Source: a candidate division FCPU426 bacterium
GTDB lineage: Bacteria; Oederibacteriota; Muellerivitia; Muellerivitales; Muellerivitaceae
Length of the DNA: 64,000 bases
Reading direction: 5' to 3'
NCBI GenBank assembly: GCA_963719085.1
Contig: CAVRAL010000001.1
Span: forward strand, 1,024,001 to 1,088,000
Part shown: positions 1 through 8,541 of the stretch, in pieces
Numbering within the stretch: position 1 is the stretch's first letter
How the letters are laid out: every line of letters begins with the position of its first letter
Program-made: the position numbers and the translations under genes
The notes under the pieces: generated by a model
The model's input: the letters and a program-made list of their open reading frames with translations, nothing else
Told to the model about the DNA's origin: nothing
Database searches by the model: none

Positions 1-369
1 GCCGTCCCAGTCCAGCTCCCCAAGCACCTTGTTGTTGAAAAAACCCGTTTCAATCCCCGGGTCATTCTCGAGTTGGACGATCACATGGCCCGGTTGTCCG
101 CCTGTTAAAGCGGGATCAAGCAACCCGGCCGGAAAAGCCACATGAGCCCAGGAATGGACCTCATGGCCGTCCAAATCGATTAAATGGGTCTTTCCATCCA
201 ACGCCGAAAAAATCACATAGCTGTTATAGGCTTTGGCCGGATCGTAAATCGTCGTTCCCGTCTCAAAAACCGAAGGCGAGGCCAATCCCATACCAATCCC
301 GGCCGCCCATAACAACGCCGGCATGGCCGAAATCTTCAATCTTTTTGAAAAAATTTTTTTCCAATCCAT
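1..369 (-). CDS. Arylsulfate sulfotransferase (ASST)-family secreted protein, N-terminal part (runs off window)
   Basis: Manual translation MDWKKIFSKRLKISAMPALLWAAGIGMGLASPSVFETGTTIYDPAKAYNSYVIFSALDGKTHLIDLDGHEVHSW...; signal peptide followed by PSVFxTGTTIYDPxKAY, typical of the ASST-like N-terminus; not in ORF track. Confidence 0.75.
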   Translation of the reverse strand, partial: MDWKKIFSKRLKISAMPALLWAAGIGMGLASPSVFETGTTIYDPAKAYNSYVIFSALDGKTHLIDLDGHEVHSWAHVAFPAGLLDPALTGGQPGHVIVQLENDPGIETGFFNNKVLGELDWDG

Positions 370-398
370 CGTCTTGTCCTTTTTAAGGAGAAGTATTT

Positions 399-410
399 CC
401 AGTGGACTGG
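399..410. promoter_or_regulatory. Palindromic element CCAGT-GG-ACTGG, about 30 nt upstream of the ASST start
   Basis: Exact 12-mer also present at 3100-3111 at the same distance from a start codon. Confidence 0.55.
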
Positions 411-482
411 TCAATTTTTCTCTTAGATTTCCAGGGAACCTTCGTCCCCCTTTATCGCCGTTGTCGGCGATCCGCTTCATTT

Positions 483-659
483 TCAGCCGTTCTCGTCCTT
501 CACCAACCGGATCCGCTCAATCTTGTCGATCTGCGTGATCCGGGAATTATGGACGGTGATTTGCACCGTCCCATAACGCATCCCCTTGATCGCCGCCAAT
601 ATTTTTTGGACCAGTTGAACTTGTTCTTCTTCCGTCAAAAGCTCGTTCTTCGCCGACAT
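483..659 (-). CDS. yezD: YezD/DUF2292 (OscA-like) small protein, 58 aa
   Basis: Manual translation MSAKNELLTEEEQVQLVQKILAAIKGMRYGTVQITVHNSRITQIDKIERIRLVKDENG; xRYGxVxIxVHxxRITQI motif; below ORF-track cutoff. Confidence 0.85.
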   Translation of the reverse strand: MSAKNELLTEEEQVQLVQKILAAIKGMRYGTVQITVHNSRITQIDKIERIRLVKDENG

Positions 660-692
660 AAAATCCCCCCCTTTCCACCGATAAACCTCAAC

Positions 693-3068
693 TTACAGAA
701 TGTAAAAGCCCGCGCCCAGGTTGAATGTGGTGCCCACGTTCTCGTACACCGAGTAGTATTTCAGGTTGAAGATGTTATCCACCCCGGCCGAAATATTGCC
801 GCCGTTAAACTTGTATTCAGCCTTGAAATTAAAGGTCGTGAAGGGATCAAAGCTCCCCTGCACGCCGTTGACCGTATCAGAGTTGTTCGAGGTGGTGTAA
901 CGCTTGGACTGATAGGTTCCTGAGAGGGAAACCAACCAATCTTGCGGCGTGAAATCCACCCCAAAGTTCACCTCATCCGCCGGGATATTCGGCACCTGGT
1001 GCCCGACCGAAGTCGGCTGGGCCGCGTTAACCGTGATCTTGTCATCCAAATGGGTGTAGTTCCCGAAGACATCAAAATCCGCATTCACCTTTTGTTTTAA
1101 TTCCGTCTCAATGCCGTTGATTTGCGCTTGGCCCGCGTTGAAGTACTGCGTGATGGTGGTCACGCCCGCAGTCGAGGTGTCGGCGTAAATCAAATTGGTG
1201 AGCGCGTTGTTGAAATAAGTGGCCGAAACGGTTGTTTGGGTCGGCAGCTCATATTCCCCGCCGATTTCCCACGCCGTATCCAGTTCCGGCTTGAGGTTGG
1301 GATTGGGAATAGTCTCGGTGTTGGTGCCTGACGAGAAGAGGTAAAGCTCGCCCGAGGTCGCGGGGTTAAAAGCCTGCCCCCAAGAAGCGCGCAAGCTGCC
1401 GTTTTGGTCCACTTTGTAAACCAAGCTGACCTTCGGGGTCACTTGGTCAAAGCTGACCGTGGGATAGGTCACTTCCGTCGACAGTAGTGTATTGTAAATT
1501 TTTCCGTCGGCGGAAATCCAATGGTCCCAACGGGCCCCCAAAAAGGCTGTCAAGGAGGGGAAAATTTTCCATTGGTCCTGCGCGAAAAGCGAGTCCGTGG
1601 TCTCGTTGTCCCCGTTGCCTTGGCTGGTATTCTCAACGAAATCGTTGATATCCGTCCAATTGGCGAAGGTGACGTTGTAGCTGGTGAAGGCCGCGTAGTC
1701 CCAATTGAACCCCACGATCACTTCATGGTTATCCAGCTTTTGATCGGCCTGGATGTTCGCGAATCCTTCCCAATCGGCCTCCATGTCCGTTCCCGTGCCG
1801 GTTCCGGAGAAAGGAGTCGTGGCCGCCGGAAGGGCCGACTCGGCGATATGCAAAGGTCCGGCCGTCCAAGCGAAACTGCCCGTCAGGTTTAAATCCGCGT
1901 TCTCTTTGCCCTTGTATTGCAGGTAGGACCCGAAGAAACCGTTCTTCCCCGGCGCCGTCAAGAACTGCGATTGATTAACGCTGATGTTTTGTCCCGTTCC
2001 CGCCAGGGACACCGAACCGTTCAACACCGTGGCCGGGGCGCCGGTCGTGGCGTCCTTCAGGTAAGAGGTCCCGATTTGTCCCGTCGGGTTGGTGTTCGGC
2101 TGGTCCCAATAGGAATAATTGAGAAGCAGCGTGAAGATCTGGTCCTTATCGGGCGTGAAGTACAACTTACCCGTATAGTTGTTATTCTCCTGAACCGTCC
2201 GGGCGATCTCCCCGATGTTATAAAGAACGGTGGTTCCGCTGTTGTTCGTCGTTTGATTAAAGCCAGTCACCACTTCGGTGGGGGTCAACCCGGTTTTAGC
2301 CGCGGCTTGGACGAACTGATGGTCCGTGTATCCATCGATTCCGGTATTTTGAAAGCCGAAATAATAGGCGAACAAATCGTTGGGCTTATTCTCGTAGCTG
2401 ATATTGGTGGTGCGCACATTGGCGCTGTTCCAATCCTCGCTGAAATTGAAGCTCTCACCCTCGGGTTCCTTGGTGATTACGTTAATGACCCCGCCCACCG
2501 CGTTTTTACCCCACAAGGCGGAAAAAGGCCCCCGGACCACTTCCACGTGGTCCACCAATTGGGAGGGAATCCGGTTCCAGAAAACCCTTTCGTTGCCCAA
2601 CTGATTCAGCTCAAAACCATCCAGCAAAGCGAGGTTCTTTTCATATCCGGGAATCCCCCGCAAAGAAACCGTGACACCCTGGCTGCCCTCACCACCCGAG
2701 CGGTCAACCTCGACCCCCGGTAAGCCGGTCAAGGCATCGTCAAAAAATCCGATATCCTTTTTGGCCAGATCGTCTTTGGTGATGACTGAAATAGCCGCCG
2801 GCGAGTCCAGAATTTTTAATTTACTTTTGGTCCCGGTGATCACAACGGCGTTCAAGTCGTAATTCGGAGCCGTGGTCCCGGAAGCCGGGGCCAAATTGGC
2901 GGCCACCGGAGTTTGCGCCGTGGCGGTCGTGACGTCCGCGTCAGGAGCCGCCGCGGCGTCACCTGCCCCCGTATCCGGATCCGGAGTAGGGGTTGATTCC
3001 GCCCCCACCCAGGACGAAAGTCCTAAAAATAAACCCGCGGTCAAAACGAATGAAAATAACTTAGACAT
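693..3068 (-). CDS. TonB-dependent outer-membrane receptor
   Basis: Signal peptide from MSKLFSF; TonB-box-like AVVITGT; plug motif VEVVRGPFSALWGKNAVGGVINVITK; NPNLKPE; C-terminal aromatic beta strand. Confidence 0.95.
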   Translation of the reverse strand: MSKLFSFVLTAGLFLGLSSWVGAESTPTPDPDTGAGDAAAAPDADVTTATAQTPVAANLAPASGTTAPNYDLNAVVITGTKSKLKILDSPAAISVITKDDLAKKDIGFFDDALTGLPGVEVDRSGGEGSQGVTVSLRGIPGYEKNLALLDGFELNQLGNERVFWNRIPSQLVDHVEVVRGPFSALWGKNAVGGVINVITKEPEGESFNFSEDWNSANVRTTNISYENKPNDLFAYYFGFQNTGIDGYTDHQFVQAAAKTGLTPTEVVTGFNQTTNNSGTTVLYNIGEIARTVQENNNYTGKLYFTPDKDQIFTLLLNYSYWDQPNTNPTGQIGTSYLKDATTGAPATVLNGSVSLAGTGQNISVNQSQFLTAPGKNGFFGSYLQYKGKENADLNLTGSFAWTAGPLHIAESALPAATTPFSGTGTGTDMEADWEGFANIQADQKLDNHEVIVGFNWDYAAFTSYNVTFANWTDINDFVENTSQGNGDNETTDSLFAQDQWKIFPSLTAFLGARWDHWISADGKIYNTLLSTEVTYPTVSFDQVTPKVSLVYKVDQNGSLRASWGQAFNPATSGELYLFSSGTNTETIPNPNLKPELDTAWEIGGEYELPTQTTVSATYFNNALTNLIYADTSTAGVTTITQYFNAGQAQINGIETELKQKVNADFDVFGNYTHLDDKITVNAAQPTSVGHQVPNIPADEVNFGVDFTPQDWLVSLSGTYQSKRYTTSNNSDTVNGVQGSFDPFTTFNFKAEYKFNGGNISAGVDNIFNLKYYSVYENVGTTFNLGAGFYIL

Positions 3069-3099
3069 TGCTAACCTCGCATCAATTTGATGAGCAACG

Positions 3100-3111
3100 C
3101 CAGTGGACTGG
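3100..3111. promoter_or_regulatory. Second copy of palindrome CCAGT-GG-ACTGG, about 31 nt upstream of the receptor start
   Basis: Identical to 399-410. Confidence 0.55.
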
Positions 3112-3215
3112 AAGTTACCGAATTTTTTCACTTCGTTACCGAGCGGAAGTCCGCGCCGTTTAAAATAACCACAAAACCAATGCCCCTTCTGCCAACCCGC
3201 CATAAGCTCCTTCGC

Positions 3216-3794
3216 TCAATTCAGCTGGAACAAAATCGGAAGCGTCACTTCACAGGCCACCGGCGCGCCGTTCGCGTCGCAAGCCGGGGTGAAAATGCCG
3301 GCCTTGACCTTTCGGATCGCGAATTCATTCAAAACCTCGTAAGTTCCCTTCAGCAGCCGAACCTCCTGAACCAGCCCCTGGGCGTCAATGTGGAGCAGAA
3401 GCACCACCCGGCCGTCGCTGCCCGACTGGCGGGCCACCGAGGGATAATCGTCCGGATCAATCAAATTCCCCACCCAACGGGGCTTGCGAGAGGTCTGCGA
3501 TTCGGGCACCCAAACCGTCTGCGATTGGACCGGTTCCAGATGTACTTTTTCCGGAACGACTTTCTCGGCGGCCTGGTGCCCTTTTTTCGGCAAGGTCCAT
3601 TTAAAAGGCGGCTGGGTCACAACCGGGTTCATTTCCAGGTCCGTGATGACGACCGAGCGATGCGCGAAAAACAACAGGTACAAGATCAAGAACAAAGCCG
3701 TGTGGACCAAAATGGAAAGGCTAGTTCCCGCCGCCAAGGGCTCTCCCCAGAACTGCGCGAAACCGGCTTTATTTGTCAGAGACAAGTGCGACAT
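3216..3794 (-). CDS. tonB: Energy transducer TonB
   Basis: TM with SxxxH motif (SILVH); C-terminal YPSVAR...GRVVLLLHIDAQG domain. Confidence 0.9.
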   Translation of the reverse strand: MSHLSLTNKAGFAQFWGEPLAAGTSLSILVHTALFLILYLLFFAHRSVVITDLEMNPVVTQPPFKWTLPKKGHQAAEKVVPEKVHLEPVQSQTVWVPESQTSRKPRWVGNLIDPDDYPSVARQSGSDGRVVLLLHIDAQGLVQEVRLLKGTYEVLNEFAIRKVKAGIFTPACDANGAPVACEVTLPILFQLN

Positions 3795-4170
3795 GGTCGA
3801 CCCCCGCTTGTTTAATCACATCTAAAGCCGACACCACCTGCTGGTAAGGCAATCTACTGTCCGCCGCCAGCGTGATTCGAACCCCCGGATTTTCCGCCAC
3901 CTCCTGGGCCAGCGCGGTCTTCAGTGCAGCCAAGTCCGTCTTGTCTTTTCTCAAGTAAACTTGGCCCTTGTCGTCGATGGAAACAGAAAGGGTCGGAGCC
4001 GCCGGACTGTCCCCCGTTTCGGTTTTCGGCAAATTGATCTTGAGGCTCGCCTCCGACACGAAAGTTCCCGCCACCATGAAAATAATCAAAAGTACCAGCA
4101 TGATGTCCACCATCGGGGTGACATTGATGCCGGTCACCGTGCCATCTTCTTCGATATAATTTGAGCTCAT
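3769..4170 (-). CDS. exbD: Biopolymer transporter ExbD/TolR
   Basis: INVTPMVDIMLVLLIIFMV motif. Confidence 0.95.
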   Translation of the reverse strand: MSSNYIEEDGTVTGINVTPMVDIMLVLLIIFMVAGTFVSEASLKINLPKTETGDSPAAPTLSVSIDDKGQVYLRKDKTDLAALKTALAQEVAENPGVRITLAADSRLPYQQVVSALDVIKQAGVDHVALVSDK

Positions 4171-4225
4171 GGTCCCCCTCTTTCTTCTTCACTTTTTTAA
4201 CGGCTTAACTCCCGGCTCAACTTCA

Positions 4226-4915
4226 TCAAGAAACGGCCGCCGGATGCCGTCCCTCCACTTTTTGCTGGCTCTTGATGGCGCGGCGCAAAAGTCCCTCACT
4301 CTCATCCCGGAGATAAACCTGAAGCAGATGGATCAGGCTTTGGGTATTCGCGATCTTTTTGCGCAAACTGGTTTGGAAAACGTTGTTGGCCACCACCGCC
4401 GGAATCGCCACGAAAATCCCGAAGGCTGTGGCGATGAGCGCCGAGGAAATGCCCGCCATCACCACCGAAACTCCGGAGTTGCCGCTGACCGCCAGGTCAT
4501 TGAAAGCCTTGATGATTCCCAGCACTGTCCCCAAAAGTCCGACAAAGGGGGCGTTGTTGCCCAGGGTTCCCAAGATGATGAGGTGTTTTTCCAACCGGTT
4601 TCGCTCAAGCACCAGGCGGGAAGTCATGGCCTCTTCCACCGAAGCGTAGCCCTTATGCAGATGGGTCAATCCCGCCAAGGCCACATGGGCTTCCACACCG
4701 GAAGCTTTTTTCACCGTTTCTTTCGCTCCGTTTAAATTCCCCTTTTCGAGGAAATCCGAAAGCTTGTCCAAAAGCTGGGAGAAATCCACCGCGCTGGCCT
4801 TAAATACCCGCCAACGCTCAAAAATCACACCCAAGGAAAGCACGCTGGCGGCCACCAGCGTCCACAAGGCCCAAACATCCCCGGCCAAAGCCAGTTTTTT
4901 GAATAGTTCCGTCAT
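4226..4915 (-). CDS. exbB: MotA/TolQ/ExbB proton channel
   Basis: APFVGLLGTVLGII and ALIATAFGIFVAIPA motifs; start moved to ATG behind AGGAG. Confidence 0.95.
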   Translation of the reverse strand: MTELFKKLALAGDVWALWTLVAASVLSLGVIFERWRVFKASAVDFSQLLDKLSDFLEKGNLNGAKETVKKASGVEAHVALAGLTHLHKGYASVEEAMTSRLVLERNRLEKHLIILGTLGNNAPFVGLLGTVLGIIKAFNDLAVSGNSGVSVVMAGISSALIATAFGIFVAIPAVVANNVFQTSLRKKIANTQSLIHLLQVYLRDESEGLLRRAIKSQQKVEGRHPAAVS

Positions 4916-4961
4916 AAGTCCGCTCCTTTTAGGTCTTGCCCGAAAAAACCGGGCTGACAAC

Positions 4962-4994
4962 AAAAAACCCGAACCGCTTTCAAACGGTTCGGGT
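4962..4994 (-). terminator. Intrinsic terminator of riboswitch unit 3
   Basis: ACCCGAACCG-loop-CGGTTCGGGT followed by T-run on minus strand. Confidence 0.85.
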
Positions 4995-5017
4995 CATGAA
5001 ATAAATCATTGCCTTCA

Positions 5018-5104
5018 AACCGCTTTAGTTCCCGATTCGCCCAAGGGTTGAAACCTCAAACCTTGGAGCCGGCTGGGGGCAAGTTGGTACTTAAATCCCG
5101 CCGT
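5018..5104 (-). ncRNA. SAM-II-like aptamer, copy 3 (most downstream)
   Basis: CGGCGGG-ATTT-AAGTACCAAC-TTGC-CCCCAGCCG-hairpin-GGAACTAAAGCGGT. Confidence 0.65.
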
Positions 5105-5117
5105 AAAAATAATCCGT

Positions 5118-5163
5118 AAAAAAAAAATCCCAAAACCACTTCTTGTTGAAGCGGGTTGGGATT
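5118..5163 (-). terminator. Intrinsic terminator of riboswitch unit 2
   Basis: AATCCCAA-CCCGCTTC-loop-GAAGTGG-TTTTGGGATT followed by a long T-run. Confidence 0.75.
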
Positions 5164-5185
5164 CCGGATCGTCCGATAATCTTGT

Positions 5186-5258
5186 TCCGCTTTAGCGCCC
5201 TGTTTATCCCCTCTCGGGGGATACGGCCGGGGCAAGTAGGTCAACAAAGCCTCGCCGG
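5186..5258 (-). ncRNA. SAM-II-like aptamer, copy 2
   Basis: CGGCGAGG-CTTT-GTTGACCTAC-TTGC-CCCGGCCG-hairpin-GGGCGCTAAAGCGGA. Confidence 0.65.
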
Positions 5259-5359
5259 TGTTCCAATCCTCCCAAAATTCATCAGCCGGAGGTTGAAACC
5301 ACACCCGCTTCGATTCGGAGCGGGAAAAAGCTTAAATTTAAGGGTTTTTCGCCATAAAC

Positions 5360-5395
5360 AAAAAACCCGGGCCGCTTTAAAAGCGGTCCGGGTTT
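5360..5395 (-). terminator. Intrinsic terminator of riboswitch unit 1
   Basis: AAACCCGGACCGCTTT-T-AAAGCGGCCCGGGTTTTTT. Confidence 0.85.
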
Positions 5396-5421
5396 AGGGA
5401 TTACTCTCTAACTCGTTCGAC

Positions 5422-5488
5422 ACCGCTTTAGCTCACTGTTCGACCCGAAGGTCACGCCGGAGCAAGTTGGAACTTAAAGCCCGCGCTT
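5422..5488 (-). ncRNA. SAM-II-like aptamer, copy 1 (promoter-proximal)
   Basis: GCGCGGG-CTTT-AAGTTCCAAC-TTGC-TCCGGCGT-GACC(TTCG)GGTC-GAACAGTGAGCTAAAGCGGT. Confidence 0.65.
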
Positions 5489-5499
5489 GATGCTTTTGA

Positions 5500-5528
5500 A
5501 ATTTATTTCAATCGACGAAAAATGTCAA
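5500..5528 (-). promoter_or_regulatory. Sigma70-type promoter for the riboswitch leader/exbB operon
   Basis: TTGACA-17 nt-TAAATT immediately before aptamer 1. Confidence 0.7.
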
Positions 5529-5554
5529 CACGAAAAATAAATATATTTTTCAAT

Positions 5555-6283
5555 CTAACCGTTGGCCGCGCAAACCGCTTCCGACAAAACCTGAACCCGT
5601 CCCTGACCGCAAGCCGGACAATCCGGGTTTCGCTTCGGAACCATCGTTCGAATCCGCCGTTGCGCCGCGTCCACTTTGAAAAGCCGCAAGGGGCCCTTTC
5701 CTTGCCCCAGACGCCTCGCTTCCCGAGCCACCCAATAGCCGATCGACTGCGAAAAGGCGCCTAAGACGCCCGCTTCCTGGCAAGTCGGCATGGCGAAAGG
5801 CGGGGGAATTTTCGGCAGAAGACATCGCAGGCAAGCCGTTTGGCCCGGCCGAACGCCGAGCACTTGGCCTTCCAGCTTCACCACGCCCGCGTGCACATAG
5901 GGCTTGTCGAGTTTGACGCACCAGTCGTTCAAGAAAAATTTCTTTTCCAACCGATCAAGCCCGTCAACGACCAAGTCATATTGGGGAAGATTTTCTTTCA
6001 AACTTTCGGCCGTCATCATTCCCTCAAGGGGAATAATCTTAGTCTTAGGAAAACGGGAGTTCAGATAATCTCGGGCCGCCGCGACCTTGGGCCGCCCCAC
6101 ATCTTGGGCGGCGTAAAGGATTTGACGATGTAAGTTGGAAAGTTCTACTTTGTCAAAATCCATCAATCCCAAGGTTCCCACCCCGGCTTCGGCCAAGGCC
6201 AAGCCCGAAGGGCATCCCAGCCCTCCCACACCCACGATTAAAATTTTTAAATCGCTGAAATTCCTCAAAGTCACCCGCTCCAC
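5555..6283 (-). CDS. ThiF/MoeB/HesA E1-like adenylyltransferase lacking the N-terminal RYSRQ segment
   Basis: GVGGLG, DFDKVELSNLHRQ, CLRC and CPAC zinc motifs, candidate active Cys in PTCQEAG. Confidence 0.9.
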   Translation of the reverse strand: MERVTLRNFSDLKILIVGVGGLGCPSGLALAEAGVGTLGLMDFDKVELSNLHRQILYAAQDVGRPKVAAARDYLNSRFPKTKIIPLEGMMTAESLKENLPQYDLVVDGLDRLEKKFFLNDWCVKLDKPYVHAGVVKLEGQVLGVRPGQTACLRCLLPKIPPPFAMPTCQEAGVLGAFSQSIGYWVAREARRLGQGKGPLRLFKVDAAQRRIRTMVPKRNPDCPACGQGRVQVLSEAVCAANG

Positions 6284-6285
6284 CC

Positions 6286-7410
6286 CTAGTTCGACGACAA
6301 AGGCATTTTACGGATAACCTGGCCATCTTTGGAATAGCGCAGTGAATAAGTTTCGATTGGAAGGCTTCGGCCGGCGCTATCCTTCCCGTCCCATTGCACC
6401 CAAACCTGCTCACTGCCGGTGAGCGTCTTTTTCAACAAGGTTTGGACCAGCTGCCCCGACTCATCCGTGACATCCAACTGATAAATCCCCGGGCCGTCCA
6501 TCAAGCTGACATAAAAGCTTTGGGGTTGCTGAATTCCCGCCGGAACCGGTGTCAGCGTGACCGTGGGCCAAGGAGTGTTCGTCGGAAATATTGTGGGCGC
6601 CATATGTACCTCCATCGTTTCGGGCGCCTCCCAGGAATCCGCCACCCGCGCTTGACGGTCCGGCGCGTCGACCCCATTGCCCGCGGGAATCTCGGGCGTC
6701 GGCGTGGGGGAAACCCACGAGGGCGTCGGAGTGAAGGCCTCTTCTTGCGCGAAGTAAAAAGGCGTCGGGGTCGGCCGATTGGACCTCGTCTCGCAACGGG
6801 GATTGGGCAGTACATCCAAGTGAAACTGGATTCGAAAAAGTTGTTTTTCGCCCTTTTGGCTCACCGCCCCGGAAGAACCGGAAGCCGAAAGAAAGGCCAC
6901 TTGATCCCCATCCGGATCGGGCAGGATGGCGGCGTAAGGCACATGCCCCGCGTCAAAAGCCTTCACCCAGGCATGGTCGTCAAAACCGGGTTGCTGCCAT
7001 CCGTAGGGTTCCAAGTCCCCCGGAAGGTATAACGCCCGATGCTGGTCCACCTCGCTGCTGGTGAAAATTTGATGGCTGCCGTCCGAAAGGACCAACCGAA
7101 GGATATAAGCCACGCCGATGGTGGAATGCCCGGGGCTTTCAACGCGGATGGCCAGGGTATTGTCCCGTTGAAAAAAACAAAGATGATCCGGGAGGGCGAT
7201 CCGGGTCTGGGGCCCGCTTTCCAATCCGGTATAGTTTTGGGTAAAAAGATGATGGCCGTTCAACCAAAAATCCGCGGTCTGATCCGCCGAAACCTGAAAA
7301 GACGCTTCTTGGATATAGCGGTCGGTCATTTGGGCGTGAAGGCTGGAGCCCCAGGCGCCCGCCGCCCAAAAGACGCCGATCATTATTTTATCGCGCAAGT
7401 CCCATTTCAT
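6286..7410 (-). CDS. Secreted protein with beta-sandwich N-domain, Pro/Thr linkers and C-terminal FlgD-Ig-like domain
   Basis: Signal peptide; W..PGFDDHAW; PTPTP repeats; G.LV.TL...WDGKDSAG motif. Confidence 0.65.
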   Translation of the reverse strand: MKWDLRDKIMIGVFWAAGAWGSSLHAQMTDRYIQEASFQVSADQTADFWLNGHHLFTQNYTGLESGPQTRIALPDHLCFFQRDNTLAIRVESPGHSTIGVAYILRLVLSDGSHQIFTSSEVDQHRALYLPGDLEPYGWQQPGFDDHAWVKAFDAGHVPYAAILPDPDGDQVAFLSASGSSGAVSQKGEKQLFRIQFHLDVLPNPRCETRSNRPTPTPFYFAQEEAFTPTPSWVSPTPTPEIPAGNGVDAPDRQARVADSWEAPETMEVHMAPTIFPTNTPWPTVTLTPVPAGIQQPQSFYVSLMDGPGIYQLDVTDESGQLVQTLLKKTLTGSEQVWVQWDGKDSAGRSLPIETYSLRYSKDGQVIRKMPLSSN

Positions 7411-7451
7411 GGGCCATAGTATAATCAGAAAAAGGCGGGCGATTAAAACCG

Positions 7452-8411
7452 ATGGCCGAAAAAACAATCCTCCAATCCAAAGTGAAGGCGGCCTGCGCCG
7501 GCCAAACGCTGCTGGATTACGTCTCGGGGCGTTTCCGCTATCAAAGCCGGGATCATTGGGAAAAAACGATCGAAAGCGGGGATTTGACCCTCAATGGAAA
7601 AAAAACCTCGGCCCAAGTCCCGCTTCAAACCGGCGATCTTTTAGCCTATGCCGTGGTCCTCAATGAGCCTCCCGTCGACACCGACATCCAAATTTTACAT
7701 GAGGAAGAGGGCTTTCTGGTGGCCGTGAAGCCCGGATGGCTCCCTTCCCACGCCGATGGAAACTTCATCAAAAACACTTTCATCCATTTGGTGCAAAAGA
7801 CGCTCAAACAAAAGGGCTGGGGCGGCAAGGCCCACCTGGCCCATCGTTTGGATCGGGAAACCAGCGGGCTGATGGTGGTGGCGAAAACCAAAGACGCCCT
7901 CCGCCACCTGACCCGGCAATTTGAGACTGGGTTAGTGCGCAAACAATACCAAGCTATCGTCCAGGGCCTGGTCAAGGAGGATTCCTTCGAGGTCGGCGGC
8001 GCCATCGGCCTGGATCCCCAAAGCCAAATTTCCATGCGCCGAACGGTGGTTCCCTTGGAAACCCCCGGCGCCCAAAAAGCCTCGACTCATTTTGAGGTGC
8101 TCCAGCGGCTCGTCCAAAACACCTTGGTGCTTTGCCAGCCCCAAACCGGCCGCACGGGCCAGATCCGGGTTCACTTGGCTTCCATCGGCCATCCTTTGGT
8201 GAACGACAAGCTATATGGCCGCTCCGATGAGCAGTTTTTGGAGTTCGTTCGGGATTCCAAAGCCGGTTTGTGGGAAAAGGACCCCGGCCGGCGGCCCCGC
8301 CATTTGCTGCACGCTTCCCGCCTTGAGTTTGCCCATCCCGCCACCGGGAAGACCGTGGTTTTTGAATCCGAACTGCCTAAAGACATGAAATCATTTTTAG
8401 AGTCCGAATAG
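7452..8411 (+). CDS. RluA/RluD-family pseudouridine synthase
   Basis: HRLDRETSG, TGRTGQIRVHL, LHA motifs. Confidence 0.95.
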   Translation: MAEKTILQSKVKAACAGQTLLDYVSGRFRYQSRDHWEKTIESGDLTLNGKKTSAQVPLQTGDLLAYAVVLNEPPVDTDIQILHEEEGFLVAVKPGWLPSHADGNFIKNTFIHLVQKTLKQKGWGGKAHLAHRLDRETSGLMVVAKTKDALRHLTRQFETGLVRKQYQAIVQGLVKEDSFEVGGAIGLDPQSQISMRRTVVPLETPGAQKASTHFEVLQRLVQNTLVLCQPQTGRTGQIRVHLASIGHPLVNDKLYGRSDEQFLEFVRDSKAGLWEKDPGRRPRHLLHASRLEFAHPATGKTVVFESELPKDMKSFLESE

Positions 8412-8541
8412 AAAACGCCTCTTTTTTCAAAGGAATCAGGGTAACGTTATCCCAATAATACCCTTCTTTTGTTTTGCCTTCTTTCTGTCTCCCTTTAGAA
8501 TGATGCGAATTATTAGCCAACTTTATTTGAAAGAAAAACCA

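Noticed and set aside
3069..3203. N-terminal extension of the TonB receptor in the ORF track
   Set aside because: The signal peptide starts at MSKLFSF (3068); the upstream part is intergenic and contains the palindrome
5056..5397. ORF-track 82/84-aa ORFs in the exbB leader
   Set aside because: They overlap the aptamers and terminators, have no recognisable protein features, and are better explained as structured RNA
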